DNA of 64,000 nucleotides from Paraspadella gotoi (lineage: Eukaryota; Animalia; Chaetognatha): positions 17,885,562 to 17,949,561 of the forward strand of contig CM119268.1 of NCBI GenBank assembly GCA_051294375.1, written 5' to 3'. The translations under genes and the position numbers were made by a program. The notes under the pieces were generated by a model. That model was not told the DNA's origin. It saw only the letters and a list, made by a program, of their open reading frames with translations, and did no database searches. This document shows positions 1-8,960 of this stretch, piece by piece. Within the stretch, counting starts at the first letter, position 1. The number at the start of each line of letters is the position of its first letter.

Positions 1-366
1 AACGACCAGGGGACAGAGATAGGTTATGGACCAAAAGAGACAGGTAGACACAGTCTCTGTCTTTCTCTGTTTATTTTTCGATTTCCGCTCGCTCAGACTA
101 ATTTCCCAGGTCAAATAAACCTTTTTCAAACGGCGCTTTACTTCGGATTATTTTATAATATAATTCGCGGATTTCTTTTTGATTAAATTTTTTTATTCAC
201 TTTGATTTCTCATGTACACATTTTTTTTTGGATAAATTTGCAATACGTAGTCTGTGAAGGCCTTGTCGGTTTCGGTATTTCGCTTAGTATTTCGTGCATA
301 AGCTGATATTACTTTGAATCAGCGAAAATTAATTTTAATTCTTCATTTATACACGACGTAATTTCT

Positions 367-1631
367 CTACAATTCTAACCAAGTCTTCAGAATCGAAAAC
401 CCAAATCCCACAGTAAATGATAACGCGGTCATCAAGGTCCCTCCAACCTGCAGTCCGGTCGTGGCCTGCTCGATCTTCTCACTCGACCACGCGCTCTCGA
501 AGGAAAGGTCAGAATCGTCCGCTGTGATCATGTGAAGAATCGCGGAGAGAAATTCGAACCGATCGATCTCACCGCTCTTGTCCGCGTCGGCCCTGAGAGG
601 AGTAGCTTTCATTTTAATTCACAAGATTAAATGATTATTTTCTTAAATAATTCGCTATCATTAATCGATCACAACCCGGTGATTGATAGAAGACTTTCTC
701 TTAAACAGGCTGGGGCGACTTACCTTGGCCTCGGCTAACATTTCCTTACCTCTTGAAAATCTTTTCGATCTGCGGTTTCTCGTAATGAAGGTCGAGCATC
801 GCTTTCTCGAACTCATCGTAACAAAGCTTTCCGTCGTTGTTGACGTCGCAGTATCTAAGAGAAAGTATATTTTGATTACCTTCTAAATTATACAAATAAT
901 AAGTAAACGTTACTAACGAAAATGTTATTTTTTTATGCTCTCTGACCGGAACTTTTGATTTGATAACAAGATGAGGCCCACGTGTTTGAATTCTTCTCTC
1001 TCAATCTCTTGATCTCCGTTCATGTCGAAATGATTCATGATTTTCTGTGAAAAACATGGAAACATAGAAACATGGAAACTTGTCTTGAAATATAGGTTTT
1101 TTAGAATTTTTTTAGGTTTTTTACTTTGATTCCCTTGTTTCCATTTCCTTTACATTTTATGTTTTATTTTTATCCTAAACCCTTAGTTTTTTTTTCTTTT
1201 CTTTTCTTTACATTTTCCTTATTTCGTTTCCAAACTTATTCTCAGTTTTTCCTTTTCTCCAATTTTCAATTGTCCTTAAACTCCTCACATCATCCCTTTC
1301 TCTCCTTTCCTTCCTCTCCTTACTTTTTTTTTCCTGTCTTCCTTTTCCTTCTTTTCACTCCTTTTCATTCCTTTCCTCTCTTTCCTTCCTTCCTTTTCTC
1401 CCATTCCTCCTTTTCCTCCCTGTTCTCGCTTTCTCTCCTTCTCCTTCCTTTCCTCCCTCCACTTTCTTTCCTCCCTCTCACCAGGGCGTCGTCCTTCCCC
1501 GTGTCGCAGAGGCCAAACAGTTCGTCGAGGGTCAGAGATCCGCTTTTGTCTTTGTCCAAATCGTCGAACTTCGCGTCGAGAAGTTGGATCATTTGATATC
1601 CGAGCGTCGGTCTCTTCTTCGTCGGCGCCAT
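367..1631 (-). CDS. Four-EF-hand calmodulin-like Ca2+-binding protein; spliced exons 1482-1631, 947-1044, 750-854, ~367/450-592 (3' end uncertain)
   Basis: Manual splicing at GT-AG sites with compatible phases (0,2,2) gives MAPTKK...DKDKSGSLTLDE...DMNGDQEIEREE...DVNNDGKLCYDE...DADKSGEIDRFE, i.e. four EF loops. The last exon either reads to the stop at 367 or splices out at CAG|GTTGGA near 449. Confidence 0.85.
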
Positions 1632-2041
1632 TTTGGTTTTTTATTCCTTCTTGTCTTTAAAATGATTTAAGGCTGTCCAAAAATAAACGCAAACACGCTA
1701 TGACAATCCCAAATTAAGTAATTTTATCGCAACCGGGATATTTATAAGTATTTTAATCGGCAAAGAAGAGAAAATTTGTTAATATCATATTGGTTAGTAG
1801 AGTTGTAAAATGACGTAAAAAAATAAATCGCGGCAACAAATTTTTTTAAAAAAAGCACCGAGCCTGCTTTAGCTAATGTATAATCAATATAAAATCACAG
1901 ACGTATTGATTTCCCAATTTCAAAGCTATTCTGCAAACTGCGTAATAAAAAAAAATAAAAAAAATAAACAACAACAAAAAAACTTTTGAATATCTACAAT
2001 CGGTCAAGCGGGTATACCAATAGCAAATAGTGTCTTAATAA

Positions 2042-2318
2042 TCAATCTTTCTCCGGATGTCCGGCTTCCTCCAAAACCCGCTCGGGCACGGCCAGCCCAT
2101 TGGGCCCGACGACCCTGAAGTTTTCCTCGACGAACTCTCCCCTTTCGCCCGAGACGGACCTGTGCGTCTCCGCGTAGAAGACGGCGGCCGGGCCGAATTC
2201 AAACACCCGCCGTCCGTCCGACGTCACGGTCCACTCCGACTCGAGCGACCGGTCATCGCTCTCGTCGGCGTCGGCCGGGTGCCAGATTTTGGTGCGGTTC
2301 CAATCGGTGTCCGTTCCC
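2042..2318 (-). CDS. Putative orphan/terminal coding exon (ERTPIGTAPKSG...EEAGHPEKD*), possibly a further exon of the uL4 gene
   Basis: GC-rich island in AT-rich DNA, preceded by a tttcatttcaag acceptor, with an open frame and GC3-rich codons. The nearest donor (AG|GTCAGT at ~2696) is one base out of phase with the long frame. Confidence 0.35.
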
Positions 2319-2671
2319 CTTGAAATGAAATTTAATTAATTTTTAATGTTAAATTTTTTTCTAAACGGCCATATTTAGCATTGATAAATTTCAGTTCTCA
2401 TTAATTTCAATTTAATTCTAATTTATAAAAAAAAAAAATTTAAAGAAATACTAGAAAATCACATTTCCTTAAAACATTGCAGCTCTCCCAAATTTAGATT
2501 TTAATCGTTATTCGAATTTTAATAATTGTTTATGTTCATGTTTATATATTTATGTTTTTTTTTTCAAGTAAAAAGATTAAAAATAATCTAAAATATATTA
2601 AATAAATCGCATTAAAATACATCAGAGATACAGAAAAAGAGTGATAGAAAGCACTAAACTTCTCCCTAATC

Positions 2672-5600
2672 TTAAAATATTATCTCAACGACTGACCTCG
2701 TCGTCACATCGGCCGTTGCTCCCTCGACCCGAGTCTCCTGAACCTCGGTCCCGCCTCTCACTATCGTCGTCGTCGTCGTCGTTTTCGTGACGACGACGCT
2801 TTCCGAGGTGAAGGTCGTCTCCGTCGTCGCCTCCGATTGGCGACTGGAGACGAACTCGGATCGAGACGTCGACGAGACGTTGGAGGAGATTGAGGGTTGA
2901 AGGATCGAAGGAGGATCTCCGGGAAAGAGGCTCAAAGAAGGCTCTTGGGGTGGAAGGCTCGGAGGCTCATGGTAGTGAAGGGTCGCTGGAAGGTCGGACA
3001 TGTCGGGCTGTTTGGGAGGCGAGATTGTTTCGGGCAGAAGGGGCAATTCCAATCTGGGATCCATTGGTGGACAAACGGCCAATACTGGCTCACTGGGCTT
3101 ATCTAAAGCTCCGTGCTCTTCTGGCTTCTCGCTCGGTTTGTTAAGATTTGGCAACTGCTGCTGCTGTTGTTGTTGCTGCTCATGCTTCTGATGCTCTTGT
3201 TCTCGTTCTTTGTCTCTGGCCTTTGATCCAATTGGTTCGTTGGTGAAGAAATCAAAAGCATCGACTTCTTGATCGTCGTTGGTTTGAGAAGTTGCTCCTT
3301 GGATCAGACCGCTCGGAGGCGGAACAGAAGGGTCCGTCATAGTTCTTTGTGCCGTCGGTTCAGGTTTGGGACTCGCGGAGACTTGGGGAGATGTAACTTC
3401 TTTTATAAGCGAAGGCTTTTCCTGTTCCGCTTCTTTCTCAAGATCTCTTGCTCTCGATCCAATGGGTTCGTTGGTGAAGAAATCAAATGCATCCACGTCC
3501 GCATCATCTTCAGGTTTTTGAGCTTCAACATCTTTCATGTCAACATCAAGAGAAGAGGTTGGTTGCTGAGGAGAAACAACTAGTTTTGTTGGTTCCCGCT
3601 TTTTTAATTCTTTCTCCTTTTCAAGATCCCGGGGAGATGTAACTTCTTTTAAAAGCAAAGGCTTTTCCTGTTCCACTTCTTTCTCAAGATCTCTTGCTCT
3701 TGATCCAATGGGTTCATTAGTGAAGAAGTCAAACGCATCCACATCCGCATCATCTTCAGGTTTTTGAGCTTCAACATCTTTCATGTCGACATCAAGAGAA
3801 GAGGTTGGTTGCTGAGGAGAAACTACTGTTTTTGTTGGTTCCCGCTTTTTTAATTCTTTCTCCTTTTCAAGATCTCGTGCTCTTGATCCTATAGGTTCAT
3901 TCGTAAAAAAATCAAAGGCATCAACGTCTCCAGCGTCAGTAGCAGAAGGTTTTTTACTCTCGCCATCTTTGACAGCAGTTTTAGCGTCATCTTTTTTCGG
4001 TAAATCAACGCCGCTGACTGCTTGATTAACCTCTGCTTCCAATCTATCCATCTCTTCTTTTTTCTCCAAATCACGTGCTCTCGATCCGATTGGCTCGTTA
4101 GTAAAGAAATCTAACGCGTCTACTTCCTCATCTCGCTTTGCTGGCGATGGTTCTTTCAGTTTTTGACTGTCAACATCCTTCATCCGTACATCTCGGCCGG
4201 GTTCTCTCAGTTTTCCCATTTCAGATTCCTTTTCTTTTGCTGCTTGATTGTTTTTCTGGGACGAAAGTTTCTGTTCATTTTCTCTTTCTATATCTCTTGC
4301 TCTGGAACCGATTGGTTCATTGGAGAAAAATTCGAACGCATCAACGTCTTCGTCATCTGCTTGCGTGTTTTCTTCATTGCTGCTGGTCACGGATGCTTCC
4401 ACTGCTGCCATGACAACGTCCTCATCTTTAGTATCGAACGGTGTCTCAGCAGGAGGGCATACAGCCAGGACTGGTTCGGGATGAGTGTCCTTATCTTCCT
4501 GAACTTTCTTTTTATTCGTGTCTATTAAATCTGAACTCGGTTTGACAGTTTCTTTTTGTAAAGGTGAGGTAGGTTTATCGGCTTTCTTCTCAGACTTACC
4601 TCCTGGTAGTTCTGGTTTTTTTGACGATGGTTCCTTATCTTTAGTTTTCTCTTCATCTTTCTTTTTTGGGATTTCTGCCCGTGACATTGACTTGTCCGGG
4701 CTAATCTCTGGTGTTTTAGGTTTTTTTATAGTTGGTTTGTCCTCAGCCGAAACTTTATTTAATTCCTCGGGCTCTATGACTTTTCCCTCTCGATCCTCTG
4801 ATTCTTTCTGTTTAACCTCAGATTGTATTTTCGACTTTACTGTCTTCGTTTCATCTGCAATTTCTTTCTCTTTCGTTGTTTCAGTTTTTTCTTTAGGTTT
4901 TTCTTTTTGGACAGGTTTACTTGCTGCATGTTTGTCTGACTGGTCTACAGATTTCGTCTTTGAAACAACTTTGCTTTTGTCTTCTTTAACGGGACCTTTG
5001 GCCAGTTGTTCTTTGTTTCCATCCGCAAGAGTCCCAGTGTCAGGTTGCTTAGCTTTAACGGTTTGGCTTTCCAAAGGTTTTTCAATTTCCTTTGCCTTTG
5101 GTGAAACTTTAGACGTTTTCTTAGAAGAATGATCATCCATTGCTGATGGCGGAGGAATTGAAACCTGTTTAAGTTTACCCTCTTTTTCTTTCGGTTTAAC
5201 ATCGTCTTCTTTCTTGCCCGATTTCCTTTCTTTGTCTCGATCCTTTTTGCTTTCCTTTTTCTCCTTATTTTTCGCAAGCGTCGCTTCTCTCATTTTCTTC
5301 GCTTGCTTTTCTTTGTTCTCAGCCTCCTTTTTCATCTTCTGCTGTCTTTCCTTTTCATCCTTTTTCCTCGCTTCCTCCTCCTTAATCGCGGCCCTTTTTT
5401 TCGCCGCCTCCTTTTCGTCCTCCTTTCTCTTCTTCTCCAATTCCTCCCTCGCCTGCCTCCTCGATTTCTTAGAAGGCTTCCCCGCCTCCACCAATTCCTC
5501 CCCTTTCCTCTTTCCTCTCTTCTCCTCGTCCTTCCTTTCGGCGTTCTTCTCTTCCTCCTTCAAAGCGGCTCTCTTCTTGGCCACAGCGAAGGGATTTAAC

Positions 5601-7765
5601 TTCGCCATCTCGTTGGCGTTCTTCAAGGGATTCCTCTTGAAGGTTCCGGCCGGGGATCCCTTCTTCTTGGGCCGCAACGCCGACTGAATCTCCTCGCTCT
5701 GCAGCAACTTGCTCAGGTCGGCGTTGGTCATCTTCGGTTGCGGCAGATTGTAGTCGGTCTTCTCCGATGAGGGGCGATTCCAGGTCCCGTAGAGAGCGTC
5801 CAACCGCTCCATGGCGGACTCGGACCAGACGCAGAATCTGCCCACGTGACCTCCCGGCGCCAACGCCGTCAGGTTGAGCTTCTCCACGTTCAAGAGGGTC
5901 ACGCCCGGGATGTTGCGAAAGGCGCGACGGATGCCGTCGTCTCGGCTGTAGATCAGGCAGGGCCCAGTCTTGGCCACGCGACGACGGTTCCTCATCTTGC
6001 CCTTCCCCGCACGGAGTCTCTTGCTGCGATAGACCTTCTCCACATCGTCCCAGACGTTGATGCTTCGCAGCAGTTGGACCGCCTCTTTGGTGCGCTGGAT
6101 CTTTTCCACCTTTATAAAGAAAGTGGAGTTGGATTTGAAGTTTGAAATAAATTAAATAACTTAAGCAGAGATAAATTAAACTTGTAGGTTGTGGCGGGGA
6201 AAAATTTAGATATTAATTGAATATTACGTATTTTATTTCATATATTATAAAAATTTTAACCAATCTCTACGGTATTTTTTATTACAGTTTGAAAAAAATA
6301 GTTTATACTTACATATATATTTTATAGTTTATTAATACGCAGTTGAAATAATTATAACACGAAAAATAAAAAAAACACACTCACCTTGTCGTCGAGCACG
6401 AGAGGGACTTCTGCAACCCGATCTATCACGTGACCCTTGGACATGACGAGGGCCGGAACCCCACTAGCGGCGATGGCGCTGCACATGGCGTAGCGCTTCT
6501 GGTTGACGTTGATGCGGTGGTGCCATCTGCGCCACGTCTTGGTCGGAGCGAACATTCGTCCACCCCGACACATGTTGCCGAAGGCGCCCTGGCCCGACCT
6601 AGATCAGAGTAGACAAGGGAGTCGGAGGTTTAGATTTTTTACTAATGTTTATTACGAATTTTCTAAATATGGGAAGAGACATCAATAAATATCAAAACTT
6701 CGAACAATGAAATGCCTCTTTTCAATGCAAATTAGAGAATGATAAAAAAAAAATTATCGCTAAAAACTTTAAATCAGGTTGAGTGAAAGAGTTTTTTGTC
6801 TTGAAAATAAAATAAAGAACTCTTTGATATAGAAATAATAGTATATCAATTATCCGCCTCACCTGTGCGTCCCCCCGCCCCTGACTCGCGGTATCCTTGC
6901 CACAGCCCTGCCCGTGCCCCACGAAGCCGCGGAAGATTCCTTGCCGGCCGTCTTGGCGACTGCGCGGGGTTGTCTTGAGTTCTTCATCATCTTGTCGTGA
7001 ACGAAGGAGACGATGTCGGGCCGGATGGGCGCTTTGAAGACGGCGGGCAGATGCAGGGCTGAGGGAGAAATATTATTTAGTTTTTTTATTCCGACATAAA
7101 AGTTTAGGCTCTCTTATCTGAAAGGGCTCAGATTTTGTTCCTTAATCCTTTGTACCCGAATAGTTAACCATAATTGCTAACCCTAACCTGACCTTAGCCT
7201 CTAACCCCTAACACTAAACCCTAGTCTATAACCCTAATCTTCAACCATAATAGATAGTACATAATAGTTCATAGTAGATAGTATTTGTCACTTTCGGAAT
7301 TTCATAATCATGATTATGGTTGCCCGATATGGTTGTTCTCCCAATATTTTTAATAGTTTTTAATGTATTTAATAGTTTCTTCATGACATATTAACTAAAA
7401 AATAAATCAACACGAGTTCTATTTTATAATAAAAAACTATAAATTCCTAATTTAACCAACGGAAAAAAATTGTGAAGAGACGACCGGTTTCCTTTCTGGG
7501 TCACCCTGTCCTCTCACAAAACCGCCTTCTTTGCGAGAATTTGTGAATATCTCGAGTAAAGAATCTTTTTGTGAAAGTGAATGAAACGAGAATTTGCTCG
7601 AAATGAAATCAGGTGGTTTTGATTTATATTGGCTCAGCGAAATTTTTACTGCGTGAATCGCGTTCGTGATCATCATCATCATCGTCGTCGTCGTCATCGC
7701 TCACCTCTTTCCGGAATCGAAGTTCCGCCGGTCGGATAAACCGACACCAAAGGTCGGGACGTCAT
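2672..7765 (-). CDS. RPL4: 60S ribosomal protein L4 (uL4)-like protein with ~950-aa C-terminal extension; exons 7705-7765, 6863-7058, 6385-6598, 2672-6109 (1302 aa)
   Basis: Spliced ORF contains uL4 signatures [92 protein letters not shown] and KRNPLKN. All introns are GT-AG and in phase (61+196+214+3438 nt = 1303 codons). Confidence 0.93.
3385..3870 (-). repeat. Internal ~245-bp (~82-aa) in-frame tandem duplication in the uL4 extension
   Basis: The segment [67 protein letters not shown] occurs twice with few substitutions. Confidence 0.9.
7178..7250. repeat. Degenerate (TAACCC)n-like hexamer tract in a uL4 intron
   Basis: ctaaccctaacctgaccttagcctctaacccctaacactaaaccctag...taaccctaat. Confidence 0.5.
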
Positions 7766-7894
7766 CCTTGGAAGGTCACGAGTTCAATTTCTAAAAATGT
7801 TTTTTTTTTTGTACGATAAAAAAAAATATAAATGGATATTTAAATAACCGAAAGAAACATGAAAAGAAAAGAAAATTTGAATCTAGGCACGGAC

Positions 7895-7922
7895 CGGCGA
7901 AAGTAAAAAGGAGTTAGAAGAG
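7895..7922 (-). promoter_or_regulatory. Putative TCT/5'TOP polypyrimidine start site and short non-coding first exon of the uL4 gene
   Basis: Minus strand reads CTTCTAACTCCTTTTTACTTTCGCCG, then a GT donor (gtccgt), with an acceptor (catttttag, 7791-7792) 25 nt before the ATG. This is the usual layout of ribosomal-protein genes. Confidence 0.45.
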
Positions 7923-8075
7923 AGAAACAAAAATATAAATAGAAAGAGAGCGAGAGCGAGAAAGAGCGATAATTGGCCTGCGGTTTTGGATTTTTAAAGG
8001 CATAAAAAACTTTTTACTTCTCCTGATTAAGACTCAGACATGAACTTTTATTTATAAAATCATCAGAATGTACAT

Positions 8076-8683
8076 TAAGGCGGAACTAGTTAAAAAACTA
8101 AGAGTTCTATAATATAAATAACGTTAGAGTATTCCCCAGAGATAACGAAATTTTAAAAATATTCAACATTTTATGAATAGCTAATAACATAGAAGCATTT
8201 AAAGTTCATCGTATTACTATAAATCCTAATTGTTTTTAAAGAATTTTAATTATTTAAGTAGTTAAAATCGGATTGAAATAATGCTTAAAAGTTTATTATT
8301 ACAAGATTTTAAAATGTTTATGTTTTATCGGTTAAAATTAGCAAAAACTATAATAACTAGTGTGATGATGATGATGATGATGATTTTGTAGGGTTTCTCC
8401 TTATTTAACCCACTATAATAAACATATTTAACTTTGTGTATACAACTTTTTATGAGCTATCTGAATCCGTTCCTAAAAGTAAAATTTCCTAAAACAATTT
8501 TATCATTGCCTATCCAGTGATATATATTTAAATGCTTCAATGTTATACTATGCATCACTAGATTTTTACTACCACTTTTAAAAAGAAAATAGTAGTAAAA
8601 ATCTATTAAGTAAATAAAGAACAAAAAAGTTGTATATTACAAAACTCCTAATGATTAAAAGTAATAAATTTTGGCCCGCCTTT
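8076..8683. mobile_element. Foldback MITE (non-autonomous DNA transposon, hAT-like 8-bp TSD)
   Basis: Termini TAAGGCGG...CCGCCTTT flanked by ATGTACAT on both sides (8068-8075, 8684-8691). Internal blocks are degenerate inverted copies (e.g. taacatagaagcatttaaa vs tttaaatgcttcaatgtta). Confidence 0.7.
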
Positions 8684-8834
8684 ATGTACATCAAGTTAGA
8701 GATTACTACTTTTTCAATCCTTACTTGGTATTAGGAGAAAAACTTGGTAAATAAGTTCATATTGAAGAGACAGTAATTATTGTTATGTGTTAGTGTCAGA
8801 ACCGTTCAATATAAACATTCCATGAGTTTCGGAT

Positions 8835-8960
8835 CAGGCTGTAACACGGAGTTACCGGGTTTAACGTCCCGTCCCACGTAACTGATTGGCGACCACCGGG
8901 CTAGAACCATGGACCTTTCGGTTGGGAGGCGATTGACTTGCCTACTGCACAATGGCCGCC
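8835..8960 (-). mobile_element. tRNA-derived SINE-like element / tRNA pseudogene (head 8887-8960)
   Basis: Minus strand GGCGGCCA...TGGTCGCCA acceptor-like stem, A-box-like TGTGCAGTAGG, loop CTCCCAA and degenerate B-box GGTTCTAGCCC, followed by a non-tRNA tail (GGGACGTTAAACCCGG). The T and anticodon stems are imperfect. Confidence 0.55.

Noticed and set aside
3210-4360. Regularly spaced repeats with unique spacers, superficially CRISPR-like
   Set aside because: The repeats vary at synonymous positions inside an open eukaryotic exon, the spacers are far longer than CRISPR spacers, and there are no cas genes. It is a protein-level repeat.
4138-5687. Plus-strand ORFs of 90-200 aa overlapping uL4
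   Set aside because: Antisense shadows of the Lys/Glu-rich uL4 extension.
7178-7250. Telomere-like CCCTAA tract as a chromosome fusion relic
   Set aside because: Short, highly degenerate and intronic. Such tracts are common inside invertebrate TEs.
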